This document shows positions 9,840 through 19,702 of a stretch of DNA of 64,000 nucleotides, piece by piece; position 1 is the first letter of the stretch, and every line of letters starts with the position of its first letter. Source of the stretch: Candidatus Bathyarchaeota archaeon (GTDB lineage Archaea; Thermoproteota; Bathyarchaeia; Bathyarchaeales; Bathycorpusculaceae); NCBI GenBank assembly GCA_963827165.1, contig CAWGZR010000005.1:416001-480000 (forward strand), given 5' to 3'. The notes under the pieces were generated by a model. It worked only from the letters and a program-made list of their open reading frames with translations. It searched no databases and was not told the origin of the DNA. The position numbers and the translations under genes are program-made.

Positions 9840-10006
9840 AATACGCTAATTTACATAAACCTTGAAAAAGCACTCTTTCAAAACGCGGATGAGCAATACC
9901 ACGTAAAAGTTGCAGAAACCCTACAAGAAGCTTGTAAACTACACGAAGTAGGCGTGAATAGGTCACAGATCTAAACGGCGCTAAGCTGTATAGGAAAAGA
10001 AAGTAG
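9840..10006 (+). pseudogene. C-terminal fragment of tyrosine recombinase/integrase
   Basis: NTLIYINLEKALFQNADEQYHVKVAETLQEACKLHEVG / frameshift plus TAG / VTDLNGAKLYRKRK; TLIY matches the catalytic Tyr region. Confidence 0.7.
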
Positions 10007-10019
10007 TCTCTATGCTAAG

Positions 10020-10298
10020 TTAATCTTTTATGGCTTCGATGAAGCTCATGACGTTCCAGAGCTTGACCCGTGTATACGGTGGCATGTTGGGGTCTTGCAA
10101 AATCTCGTCAAGGAGCGAAACGGCGTTTGAAGCACGCACGGCTGGTGTGTACTCGCCGCTTTGCAGGGAGTTCATAGCGTCTTTTGCTGAGCGCCTGATG
10201 TTTCTTGGAGTTGTGCTGTCTTCGGAAACCTCTGCTAGCACCGTCAGTGCCTGCTGAATTTTGCCTTCATATTCCTCAGCTTTCTTTTTGCGGACCAT
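10020..10298 (-). CDS. UPF0147 family protein
   Basis: DSTTPRNIRR...DPNMPPYTR motifs. Confidence 0.9.
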   Translation of the reverse strand: MVRKKKAEEYEGKIQQALTVLAEVSEDSTTPRNIRRSAKDAMNSLQSGEYTPAVRASNAVSLLDEILQDPNMPPYTRVKLWNVMSFIEAIKD

Positions 10299-10360
10299 AA
10301 CGAATTACCCCAGTTCAATTCCCAGTAACCAAGTTATATAAGTATTGATACGTATTTACT

Positions 10361-10744
10361 TTGGGGTTCATCTTGCAAGAGAAAAAACAAAACAACACAC
10401 CGATCAAACGCATGGCCGACCTTCTAACACAAGGCGCCACCCTAACCGACTTATCATGCCCAGTCTGCTCATCCCCGCTTTTCAGGCTGCAAGATGGCAC
10501 ACTTTGGTGTGCAAAGGACGAAAAAAAGGTCGTCATTGTAAAAGAAGGCGGAGAAGCACCAACCGCACCCGCCTCTGCATCGGGGTACGACAAACTTGAA
10601 TCCACTTTGCGCGGTAAAATTGGGGACTTGCAGGAAAAAATTGAAAAAACCCAAGACACGGAAGAACTGCAAAAGTTAAGCGCTGCACTATCCCAGCTTC
10701 TTGACAGCCTCGATAAGATACAGAAAATGAAAAAAGCACAGTAG
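10361..10744 (+). CDS. UPF0148 / autoantigen-p27-like zinc-ribbon protein
   Basis: MADLLTQGATLTDLSCPVCSSPLF. Confidence 0.85.
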   Translation: MGFILQEKKQNNTPIKRMADLLTQGATLTDLSCPVCSSPLFRLQDGTLWCAKDEKKVVIVKEGGEAPTAPASASGYDKLESTLRGKIGDLQEKIEKTQDTEELQKLSAALSQLLDSLDKIQKMKKAQ

Positions 10745-10753
10745 GAATATCCA

Positions 10754-11269
10754 ACGCTGGGCGTATTTGAAAATTTTCCCCCAAACATCCATTTTGTACA
10801 GTGCTTCACTTCCGTAGCGCCCCGCCAGCAGCTCCAACGAACGTTAATCCAAGTTCTTTACGAAGTAAACAAGAGAGAATTCAGTTTTGAAGAAGCTGGG
10901 CACCCAACAATTCCGAGTTGCAGGATCTTTTTTGAGTTCGGGTTGGCCGACGCTGACAGCTTCAACTTTGTTGACAAGGAAGAAGTCAAAAAAACGTTGG
11001 ACCTGCTTGCGAATCAGGCTTTGGAGTACATGGATTTCTTCTGCGTCGTCCGCTATTACAAGGGCGAAGGGATAAAAAAGAGGGCGTTAAAATTTGATTA
11101 TTACTTTCTCAGAACGGTTTATGGTAGGGGTGTTTTTGAGATTCAAGTTTACCATAAGAAAGGGCTAAGGTATGTGCCGCCGGAAGATTTGACTATGTTT
11201 ATCTTCAAAAAAATAAATGAGGCGTCGAACCGAAAAGTGCTCAAGAAGCAAGCGAGCGACCAAACGTAG
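10754..11269 (+). CDS. Hypothetical protein, probable non-canonical (ACG/CTG) start
   Basis: Frame of ORF 10943-11269 stays open upstream to the TAG at 10742; reads TLGVFENFPPNIHF... Confidence 0.65.
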   Translation, partial: TLGVFENFPPNIHFVQCFTSVAPRQQLQRTLIQVLYEVNKREFSFEEAGHPTIPSCRIFFEFGLADADSFNFVDKEEVKKTLDLLANQALEYMDFFCVVRYYKGEGIKKRALKFDYYFLRTVYGRGVFEIQVYHKKGLRYVPPEDLTMFIFKKINEASNRKVLKKQASDQT

Positions 11270-11372
11270 AACTATTTAGCGACGCCCAATTCTACAGCCG
11301 AAAGTTATATTAACAATGTTTAACGCAGAAAACAGGAGAATGTTTAGTTAGCAGCAGAAAAAGGGGCACATC

Positions 11373-12338
11373 TTGTTGATTCCCATTGAAGTTCATTCCC
11401 TAAAAAAGAATTACGGAAGTCTAGCAGCCGTTAATGACATCTCATTCAACGTTAATACGGGGGAAGTCTTCGCGCTCTTAGGTCCCAACGGAGCAGGCAA
11501 AACCACCACAATCGAGATTTTGGAAGGCTTACGTGAAAGAGACGGTGGAGACACCAAGGTTCTGGGTTTTGATCCGTGGAAAAACGGTTATGATCTTCAC
11601 AAAAGAATCGGGGTGATCCCTCAGGAATTCAATTTCATTGAGAAGATAACTCCAAGGGAAGCCATTATTTATTACGCAGATCTCTTCAACATAAAAGTGA
11701 ACCCCGACGACATTTTAAAAGAGGTTTTGCTAGAGGAGTCGGCTAAAACCTATTTTGACAGCCTTTCAGGGGGGCAAAAACAAAAAACGGGGCTGGCTCT
11801 TTCTCTTGTGAATTCTCCTGAACTGCTTTTCCTTGACGAACCGACCACAGGACTGGACCCTAACGCAAGAAGAGCAATCTGGGACGTTATCCGCGGCTTG
11901 AAAGCGAAAGGCAAAACAATCATTTTAACAACTCACTACCTCGATGAGGCTCAGCAATTATCTGACAGAGTCGCTATCATGGATCATGGGAAAATCGTGG
12001 CGATGGGAACAAGTGACGAAATTATTGCTCAGTACGGTTCCGGAGAACGACTTGAAATCCGCGGGTCCGAAGAGTTAGCCAAGTACATCAAAGCCAACAC
12101 AGAATTGCACGTTGACTACGACGTTGCCCGCGGGGTGGTAAGCATACCGATCAAAAATAAAATTGATGCTCTCGCGGCTTTAGCGGCAGCGGAAGAGTCA
12201 AAAATGGATTGGAGCGAAATCCAAACTCGCCGAGACAGCTTAGACGACGTTTTCGTTAAGCTCGTCAGCAGAAAACTAAGCGACCACGGCGAGATACTTG
12301 ATGAGCACGCACACGGGGAAGGAATGAAAGATGTCTAG
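11373..12338 (+). CDS. ABC-2 type transporter ATP-binding protein
   Basis: GPNGAGKTT, LSGGQ, LFLDEPT. Confidence 0.93.
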   Translation: MLIPIEVHSLKKNYGSLAAVNDISFNVNTGEVFALLGPNGAGKTTTIEILEGLRERDGGDTKVLGFDPWKNGYDLHKRIGVIPQEFNFIEKITPREAIIYYADLFNIKVNPDDILKEVLLEESAKTYFDSLSGGQKQKTGLALSLVNSPELLFLDEPTTGLDPNARRAIWDVIRGLKAKGKTIILTTHYLDEAQQLSDRVAIMDHGKIVAMGTSDEIIAQYGSGERLEIRGSEELAKYIKANTELHVDYDVARGVVSIPIKNKIDALAALAAAEESKMDWSEIQTRRDSLDDVFVKLVSRKLSDHGEILDEHAHGEGMKDV

Positions 12339-13431
12339 TGCAAAAAGAATATTAGCTGACTTCAAAGTTTTCAGTCGAGGATACCTGAGAAACAGATTTG
12401 GCCTCTTCTTCGGGTTGATATTTCCAGTTATTTTAATTTTGATTTTCGGCGCCATCTTTTCAAGCAGCGGATCAGCCCAAATCAACGTCTACGCCCAAAA
12501 CAAGGATAGCGGCCCAATTTCATCACAGTTTTTATCTACACTTAACAGTTCAAGCACAATCAGAGTTCACACGGTGAATACTTCAGAGGACTTTTCAAAA
12601 TATCTCGCGGCGCATTCAGCATCGGACGGCATCGTTATACCAGAAAACTTCTCTGCCGATTACACAGCGGGTCGCCCCGTTAACGTTACAGTTTATGGGA
12701 ATCCGACGTCAACCACCAGTGGCATAGTAAGCGGCACAGTTAGCGGAGTCATCAACTATTTCAACCTTAACTACTACAAAGCGAATGCGATACCCATAAT
12801 CGGCATAACCCCAACCACCGTTAACACTCATCAAACAAAATACATTGATTTTCTTGTCCCAGGCTTAATCGGCTTCGCCATCCTTGTAAGCCCTATGTTT
12901 AGCCTCGTCAACATATCCTCAGACTACAAGAAAACCAAACTGTTCAAACAACTGTCGCTTACACCGCTTACAAAGTTTGAGTGGCTAGCCTCGAAGATAA
13001 TGTGGTATATCGTTTTAACAATCATAAGCTTCGTACTGATGGTTGTGGTGGGGATTTTGGTGTACGGCGCAAACGTGACGTTGACGCCTTGGCTTATACC
13101 TTTTCTGCTTATTGGACCGACCTTGTTCGCGTCGCTAGGCATGCTTGTGGGAACAGTCACAAAGAACCCTGAAACCGCAGGTGTAATAGGAAACATAGTG
13201 ACCTTCCCAATGATGTTCCTCTCCGGCACCTTCTTCCCAATCAGCATAATGCCACAATACCTGCAAACCATCGCCCACGTACTACCACTCTTCTACGTAA
13301 TTGAAGGCTTAAACAACGTAATGGTCTACTCAAACTACACAGGCGCAATAATCGATGTAGCAGTTGTCGCCGTCATAACTGTAGTCATTTTCGCAGCCGC
13401 CGTTAGACTGTTCAAATGGAGAGAAGACTAA
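12331..13431 (+). CDS. ABC-2 type transporter permease
   Basis: N-terminal TM, extracellular loop, further TMs, FLSGTFFP motif. Confidence 0.9.
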   Translation: MSSAKRILADFKVFSRGYLRNRFGLFFGLIFPVILILIFGAIFSSSGSAQINVYAQNKDSGPISSQFLSTLNSSSTIRVHTVNTSEDFSKYLAAHSASDGIVIPENFSADYTAGRPVNVTVYGNPTSTTSGIVSGTVSGVINYFNLNYYKANAIPIIGITPTTVNTHQTKYIDFLVPGLIGFAILVSPMFSLVNISSDYKKTKLFKQLSLTPLTKFEWLASKIMWYIVLTIISFVLMVVVGILVYGANVTLTPWLIPFLLIGPTLFASLGMLVGTVTKNPETAGVIGNIVTFPMMFLSGTFFPISIMPQYLQTIAHVLPLFYVIEGLNNVMVYSNYTGAIIDVAVVAVITVVIFAAAVRLFKWRED

Positions 13432-13497
13432 CAGTAAAAACCTCGTTTTTTCTATCACTCTTAATCTTTTTCAATTTTTTAAAACAAAACCCAAAGT

Positions 13498-14097
13498 TCA
13501 TTTTCCATCTTTAAGAAAGCGCGTAACTTTTGAGTGCAAAGAGTCTGCTACTGCGTCTTTGGACTTATCGCCATCAATAAGCACGAGCGCACCTATCGCC
13601 ACATATTTGAGATAGGTTTCCCTGACTTTTCGTTGGATTACTAAGGTTTCCATAACAGACTTCTTTCTTTTCAAACGTTCCAGCACCCGTTCAGGCGGCA
13701 CATCTATAAAAATAGCGTAGTCAGGCTTGAGAGCAAAGGAATTTATTTTTTTTATCCAGCCTAAATTCAACCCGGCGCTGCCCTGGTAAGCATACGATGA
13801 ATAAATATAGCGGTCGCAAATTACCACTTTGCCTTCAGCTAACGCGGGTTTGATTTCGTTGTCAACATGTTCTATTCGGTCCGCGGCAAATAGCAAAGCT
13901 TCAGATTCGAGGGGTAAACGTTTGTCTTCGTAGAGGCAGCATTCGCGGATGTAGGTTCCTGTTTTGCCTTGGCTGGGCTCAGCCGTATATACGGCTGTGT
14001 GGCTTTTGCTTAGTCGTTCAGTCAAAATTTTTGCCTGTGTGGTTTTTCCGCTCCCATCCAACCCTTCTACACAAATGAATACGCCTTTCCCACTCAT
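13498..14097 (-). CDS. tmk: Thymidylate kinase
   Basis: EGLDGSGKTT, LFAADR, DRYIYSSYAYQG. Confidence 0.95.
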   Translation of the reverse strand: MSGKGVFICVEGLDGSGKTTQAKILTERLSKSHTAVYTAEPSQGKTGTYIRECCLYEDKRLPLESEALLFAADRIEHVDNEIKPALAEGKVVICDRYIYSSYAYQGSAGLNLGWIKKINSFALKPDYAIFIDVPPERVLERLKRKKSVMETLVIQRKVRETYLKYVAIGALVLIDGDKSKDAVADSLHSKVTRFLKDGK

Positions 14098-14166
14098 TGT
14101 TATTGCTCCAGCCAGTCAGCGTTAACATTATAGGGAGACAAATAAATATAACTTGCATGTGGAGGA

Positions 14167-15453
14167 TTGCTTGTGCCCAAAGTTTACTGGGGAGAAGTAA
14201 AGGATCCGGTGCACGGGTACGTGTACATTTCTAAAGAGGAAAAAGACATTTTGGATTCCTACCCGATGCAGCGGCTCAGGCGTCTGCGGCAACTCGCGGG
14301 CTCCGAATATGTTTACCCAGGGGCGAATCACACTCGCTTTGAACACTGCGTCGGCGTTATGTATTTGGCTGGCCAAGTTTTGGAGAATCCCAATATCGGC
14401 AGCCTACTATCAGAAGAAGAAGCGGCAATGTGCCGAATTTCAGCGCTGCTCCATGACGTTGGACACGGTCCTTTCTCGCATGTATTCGAACAGCTTTTGA
14501 TTAAAGACCTCGAAAAAACACATGAAGACATAACATCATGGCTTATATTGAAAAGTGAGGTAGGGGACAAACTGTCTAAGATGGGTTACAACCCCGAAGA
14601 AGTGGCTTCTCTCGCCGTGGGCAAACTGCATAAGTCAAACAAAGCGTTTCTGGACCAGATAATAAGTAGCGCGGTGGATGTTGACAAACAAGACTTCATC
14701 GTTCGGGACACATACCACACGGGCGCCGAATACGGCTTCATCGACGTTTACCGCCTCATACACGCACTAGACGTCTTAGGCGAAAACTTAGCCGTGGAAC
14801 TTGGCGCCCTCTCAGCGCTGGAATCCTTCATAATAGCCCGTATCGAATCCTTCAAAAGCATCTATTTCCATCGAGTCGGCAGAGCCGCGCAAATCATGCT
14901 GGCTACAGCAATGGAAAAAGCCAACGTCGAATTGGGGTTGACCGCATTCAAGACGCCTGAAGAATACATGGCTCTTGACGACTACACAGTTTGGGCTTCA
15001 CTTAAGAAATGCGCGGCTTCCAAAGATATAATCGCCGACCTGGAAAGACGCAGAATGCTGAAATGCGCCTACGAGCGGACCTTCTACGAGAAAGACACTA
15101 TGGTATCCAACATTTTCGGCAGGGAAAGCTACCGACACCAAATGCAGAGCGAAATCGCCAAAGAAGCAGGTGTTAACATCGAATCAGTCATAATAGACGT
15201 CCCAACAGTCCCATCCGTTCCCTACCACCATGCTGTACTCATGGAAACTATGGAAATCCCAGTTTTCACTAAAAATCAGGTGGGCGAAAAATACCTGCAG
15301 CGGTTAAGTGAAATGTCAAAGATTTTTGAAACACTTAAAGGATTCATAAACATACTTCGGGTTTACACTGACGCAGCTGACCGCGAAAAAGTAGAGAAGG
15401 CAACCGCAAAAATCTTGGGCAAAATTCCCTCGGCGGCGAAAATCTCGTTTTAG
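14167..15453 (+). CDS. HD-domain phosphohydrolase (dNTP triphosphohydrolase/SAMHD1-like)
   Basis: QRLRRLRQL, HTRFEH, LLHDVGHGPFSH. Confidence 0.9.
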   Translation: MLVPKVYWGEVKDPVHGYVYISKEEKDILDSYPMQRLRRLRQLAGSEYVYPGANHTRFEHCVGVMYLAGQVLENPNIGSLLSEEEAAMCRISALLHDVGHGPFSHVFEQLLIKDLEKTHEDITSWLILKSEVGDKLSKMGYNPEEVASLAVGKLHKSNKAFLDQIISSAVDVDKQDFIVRDTYHTGAEYGFIDVYRLIHALDVLGENLAVELGALSALESFIIARIESFKSIYFHRVGRAAQIMLATAMEKANVELGLTAFKTPEEYMALDDYTVWASLKKCAASKDIIADLERRRMLKCAYERTFYEKDTMVSNIFGRESYRHQMQSEIAKEAGVNIESVIIDVPTVPSVPYHHAVLMETMEIPVFTKNQVGEKYLQRLSEMSKIFETLKGFINILRVYTDAADREKVEKATAKILGKIPSAAKISF

Positions 15454-15515
15454 CATCTTTGCTGCATCTTTTCTTAAATACTAGTTGCTGCTAAGAAGAA
15501 AAGCAGAGTAGCTAG

Positions 15516-16049
15516 GTGTTTGAGGAAGGATTAAGCGTGTCGAGTATCCCAGACAAGAAGGTCATCAGCGTAAGGATCAGGGGCAAACCTGAACCGAAAG
15601 TTGATCCTTCACTGCTTTTCAGCCCACAAGACGTTAGACTCTATGTCACCGAATTCGTGTCTTCGTGGATAAGGGGAGACATAATAATCCGTTTTCCAAC
15701 AGCCGCGGAACTATCTAAACAAACTCCTCTTAGCATAGCGTTTCCAACCGACCCCTCAGTCAACGCAGAACTCAAAATCAAAGAACATTACATTGACCAA
15801 CTATCAATCATCGCAGGGATAAAACCAGCATCAACCGAAGAACAGGAAAAAACCATAGCAGAAGTCTTCAAAATGCTGCTTATGTTCCGCAGCGCAAACC
15901 GCATCGAAGGAAAAATCATCTCAAACGACTTGGAAAAAAGAATCCAGGAACTCGAAAAAACCGTGAAGAACCAGGCTAAACTCGTTGACCAGATAACTGC
16001 GTTTTTGTTTAGACCGAAGGCTGCAACCAAAAAAGCCCAAGCCAATTGA
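15516..16049 (+). CDS. Hypothetical protein with C-terminal coiled coil
   Basis: 177-aa ORF. Confidence 0.7.
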   Translation: MFEEGLSVSSIPDKKVISVRIRGKPEPKVDPSLLFSPQDVRLYVTEFVSSWIRGDIIIRFPTAAELSKQTPLSIAFPTDPSVNAELKIKEHYIDQLSIIAGIKPASTEEQEKTIAEVFKMLLMFRSANRIEGKIISNDLEKRIQELEKTVKNQAKLVDQITAFLFRPKAATKKAQAN

Positions 16050-16118
16050 AGCTAAGTTCTTGAAGGGTAAGGTTTATTCGAGTGAAAAAGCATTCTGCTT
16101 GATGCTTTTAGTAAAAGC

Positions 16119-16196
16119 GCTCCGGTAGTATAGTCCGGTCAAGTATGCCGGCCTTTCGAGTCGGCGACCCGGGTCCAAATCCCGGCCGGAGCACCA
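16119..16196 (+). tRNA. tRNA-Glu (UUC), CCA encoded
   Basis: Acceptor GCTCCGG/CCGGAGC, anticodon arm CCGGC-CT-TTC-GA-GTCGG, T arm, ACCA end. Confidence 0.95.
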
Positions 16197-16364
16197 GACC
16201 ATTTTCCACGCCACACCTTTCGTCGAAAGCTACTATTAGTAATGAACAAAACTGTATGTTAGCAATACGTGCCTTCAGGTTTAGAACTTCTAATACAATC
16301 TAACCGATTGAACTTGAGTCAACCGCTGGTCAAGTCAACACTTGATGCGAAACGCTTTAGCGGA

Positions 16365-16577
16365 TTATTCGACCCGATGCCCAGTGTGTGGGCCGGTATG
16401 GGTTTTCTCGGGGTTCCCATGAACGTTCTCTAGGTGCCGGTCAAGTTCAGTGTGGGTTTTGAAGGCTTTCCCGCATATTTCGCATTCCAACCTGCTTGGC
16501 TCCGTTGAGCGAACGGGCTCCTCATGCATCGGGGATTCTCTAGAAGGAATTAACGGGGTTTTGTTTTGTTTAGCCAT
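16365..16577 (-). CDS. Small C2H2 zinc-finger protein
   Basis: CEICGKAFKTHTELDRHLENVH. Confidence 0.8.
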   Translation of the reverse strand: MAKQNKTPLIPSRESPMHEEPVRSTEPSRLECEICGKAFKTHTELDRHLENVHGNPEKTHTGPHTGHRVE

Positions 16578-16647
16578 AAAAAAATCTCCAAAATAAAGAG
16601 TGGTCAAGGTTTCACTTATAGTTTGGGTTAAGAACGGGTCTGGTTCA

Positions 16648-17238
16648 TTATGTTTTGGTTTTTCCCAGAATCAGAATCATGGATTTGATCCATTGGTCGT
16701 GTACCTGCTTGTTCGGGAAGCCCATGATCAGTTTCGCCAAGGTTCCAAGGTATAACCCAGTGAAAAGTTCAGCCAAAACTCTTGCATCCACGTCGGTTCT
16801 GATGGCGCCCTGCTTCTTTTTCTCCTCAACAAAAACTTCAACGGCTTCAATGTCTCTCTGATAATCCTCAACGATTATTTGCCTGATTTTCGGGTCATGC
16901 GAAGACAATGCGACAACTTCGAAATGCGTATGAAGGTTGCCTTTGAACTGTTCAGTTATTTTGGAGTAGATTTCATCCAGCGCACGCTCTAAATTCTCAA
17001 ATTTGCATGTTTCGCCTAGTACGTTTCTGAGGGTTCGGTGTCCTTGGAGGCTAATTTCTTTAAGCAGGCTCTCTTTGCTTTCAAAATATGAATATAGGGC
17101 GCCTTTGCTTACGCCGACTTCCGTGGCTATGTCGTCCATGGTAGCATCGTGATAACCTTTTTGGGAGAAGACGGATCTTGCAGCTTTGATAATTTTGGCT
17201 TTGGCTTCTTCCTTGTATTCGGGAATGACTTTAGGCAT
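16648..17238 (-). CDS. TetR/AcrR family regulator
   Basis: FSQKGYHDATMDDIA..VGVSKGALYSYFESKE; start at MPKV. Confidence 0.92.
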   Translation of the reverse strand: MPKVIPEYKEEAKAKIIKAARSVFSQKGYHDATMDDIATEVGVSKGALYSYFESKESLLKEISLQGHRTLRNVLGETCKFENLERALDEIYSKITEQFKGNLHTHFEVVALSSHDPKIRQIIVEDYQRDIEAVEVFVEEKKKQGAIRTDVDARVLAELFTGLYLGTLAKLIMGFPNKQVHDQWIKSMILILGKTKT

Positions 17239-17331
17239 ATTGACCGACTTAATTATAGTTGCTTTCAACTTTAAAAGATTGCTGACGATAAGTATATTAA
17301 TTGACTGGTAGTCGCTATTTCTAAACAAAAG

Positions 17332-18801
17332 GTGACACGAATGGATTCAGGCACCACAAACCAAACTTCCACAGGCGCTCGCATAAGTTACCCCTCGAAA
17401 GTTCTCCTCACGGTAACCTCGGTTGCACTTCTAGTAAACTACGTTGAAACAATGGTTATCCCAGGCATCCCCACGATCCAAGCACATTTTTCGTCCACCG
17501 CAACCATTGCCTCATGGATAACCTCAGCGTTCCTAATCGTAGGCGCCGCGGTTTCTCCGCTCTTCGGAAAACTCGGCGACATCTATGGAAAGAAAAAGAT
17601 TTTCCTAACGGTTTTGCTTTTCTACATTGCGGGAGTAGGTTTAGCCGGGTTTTCAACAAGCATCTACATGCTCATAGCTTCAAGAGCCATCCAAGGCATC
17701 GGCTTTGCCATAGTTCCATTAGGCTTAGCAATCATCACCGACATTTTCCCCAAAGAAAGAGTAGCCACCGCACAGGGCATAATCAGCGGAACCTTCGCCA
17801 TCGGAGCCGCGGCAGGCTTAATCATCGGCGCCTATATTGTACAGGATCTAAGTTGGGAATGGGCTTTCCACACGGCGTTCATCCTAAGCATCATTCTGTT
17901 TTTCATTGTTGTTGTAATGCTCAAGAAAGATGTGCCTGGCGAAAAGAGCAAGGTTGACATCACAGGTGCGACAATGCTTATGGCGGGCATAATTCTAGTG
18001 CTCCTTTATCTTACAGAAGCCCCCAGCATTGGTTGGCTATCGCTTGAGAACATTGCCTTCCTTGTACCTGGCTTAGCTTTGACGCTTGGTTTCTTCGTAT
18101 TCGAGAACAGCCGCACCACACCCCTCATAAATCTGGGGCTACTAAAAATTCGAAACGTACTTGTCGCAAACTTGGTTGGTATACTATCAACCATGTCGAT
18201 GTTTCTATTGTTCTTCGCCGTCATCTACTACGCTCAATACCCTAAACCATACGGATTAGATTTGAGCATAATCAACACAGGACTAACGCTCGCGCCAGCA
18301 ACACTTGTAATGCTCATAGTTGGACCCATTATGGGCAGACTCGTTACGAGGATAGGACCTAAACCTATACTTGCTCTGGGTGCGTCGGTCAGCATCTTGG
18401 GTTTGCTTCTGTTCACTTTCTTTAGGGGGACCACGTTGGAATTATCCATTGATGTTGCAGTAGCTCTGATCGGAGTCGTTTCCCTCATAATTCCAATAGT
18501 GAACATGATTTCGGTGTCTGTGCCTAGGGAAAACACTGCTGTAGGCTTGGGGATGAACACTATGCTCAGAAACTTGGGGGGCGCCATTGGACCAGTCCTC
18601 GCAACAACCATAATATCCACATACTACACTAGTGTAAAATTGCCTGTGCCGTCGTCCACCCTCACTTTCGGAGACAAAACAGCCTTCAATACAATCTTCG
18701 CCATAGGTATTGTCTTAATGATAGTGATAATTGCCCTAAGTCTAACAAGCAAAAATTATACATTCACCAAAAACAACGGCAAGAACCCAAGTAAAAAATG
18801 A
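17332..18801 (+). CDS. MFS drug-efflux-type transporter (14-TM)
   Basis: GKLGDIYGKK motif A, RAIQGIG; divergent from TetR gene. Confidence 0.92.
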   Translation: MTRMDSGTTNQTSTGARISYPSKVLLTVTSVALLVNYVETMVIPGIPTIQAHFSSTATIASWITSAFLIVGAAVSPLFGKLGDIYGKKKIFLTVLLFYIAGVGLAGFSTSIYMLIASRAIQGIGFAIVPLGLAIITDIFPKERVATAQGIISGTFAIGAAAGLIIGAYIVQDLSWEWAFHTAFILSIILFFIVVVMLKKDVPGEKSKVDITGATMLMAGIILVLLYLTEAPSIGWLSLENIAFLVPGLALTLGFFVFENSRTTPLINLGLLKIRNVLVANLVGILSTMSMFLLFFAVIYYAQYPKPYGLDLSIINTGLTLAPATLVMLIVGPIMGRLVTRIGPKPILALGASVSILGLLLFTFFRGTTLELSIDVAVALIGVVSLIIPIVNMISVSVPRENTAVGLGMNTMLRNLGGAIGPVLATTIISTYYTSVKLPVPSSTLTFGDKTAFNTIFAIGIVLMIVIIALSLTSKNYTFTKNNGKNPSKK

Positions 18802-18920
18802 AAAATTCTTATGTTCGGAGTTGCAAAGTTTCTTTTATATTTGCGGAAAGAACAAGAAAAACCTGAAATCAAGTCGTTTATATAACGGATTGAGTTATTT
18901 CCAAAAAATAAAGAACGGTT

Positions 18921-19562
18921 TTAAGCTGGCGCCAGCTTTCTTCCGCAGTGTGGACAGAAAGTTGCATCTGCCGCAACTGGTGCGCCGCAATTGGGACAGT
19001 ATCTTGTTGCTTGCATTGGTGGAGGGGTTGACGTTGGCGGCGGCTGGTAAGCGTATTGCTGCGTCTGCTCGGTTTTTATCGAGAAGAACGCGATTGTCGC
19101 AATTATCCAAGCTACCAGTATTATCAAGAGCCCGATGAAGAAGACTATTGTTAGAATTGCGCCGACAAACAGGAGAAGCCCCGCGGTTTCAAACATGTGT
19201 TCGCCTGACTTTTGTGCAAGCGAGTTGAAGGCTCTTCGCAGATACATTGCTGCTATCAGGTAAAATATGAAAACAACCACCGCTAACCCGAACAACCCGA
19301 GCAAACCGAAGCCGATTCCGAAGACACCAAAAGCCCCGCTTAGGAAGAATATGGGGATGGCTGCTGCGACGGCTATCAACGCTATGAAGGCGAAGATGGC
19401 GCCCCAGAGGGCGTTCTGGTAGATGCTTGGGTCTTTGTAGTAGTTTGACATTCCCCGCATGCCGATTAATACAAGTATTATGCCGACGATGCTGATGAAC
19501 GGGAAAATAAGCAAGATTGAACCGATGCCAGCTAAAGTCTTATCAGATTCTAAACTGCTCAT
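18921..19562 (-). CDS. DUF996-like membrane protein with C-terminal zinc ribbon
   Basis: LAGIGSIL N-terminus, TM helices, YCPNCG...FCPHCG. Confidence 0.82.
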   Translation of the reverse strand: MSSLESDKTLAGIGSILLIFPFISIVGIILVLIGMRGMSNYYKDPSIYQNALWGAIFAFIALIAVAAAIPIFFLSGAFGVFGIGFGLLGLFGLAVVVFIFYLIAAMYLRRAFNSLAQKSGEHMFETAGLLLFVGAILTIVFFIGLLIILVAWIIATIAFFSIKTEQTQQYAYQPPPTSTPPPMQATRYCPNCGAPVAADATFCPHCGRKLAPA

Positions 19563-19702
19563 TTTAATTTAGCCTCACAAAACCAAATTCTATTCTATCG
19601 TTGTTTTCAGATAAAGCTTTCTATATACCCCTAATCCGCTTGGCAGCCCAGCCACTGTGTTTTTAACAGAGTAGCAACAGAGAGAATAAAGGCGAACAGC
19701 AA

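Noticed and set aside
10742-10744. Genome-wide TAG recoding (pyrrolysine)
   Set aside because: TAG ends several full-length conserved genes here (rps6e, rpl2, HD hydrolase, aclA, ahcY) and no pyl genes are in the window
10315-10809. 164-aa minus-strand ORF and the many other 60-150 aa ORFs overlapping recognised genes
   Set aside because: Antisense or alternate-frame shadows of well-supported genes, with no motifs of their own
16197-19600. Integrated island at tRNA-Glu
   Set aside because: Genes look accessory, but no duplicated tRNA 3' end or integrase was found nearby
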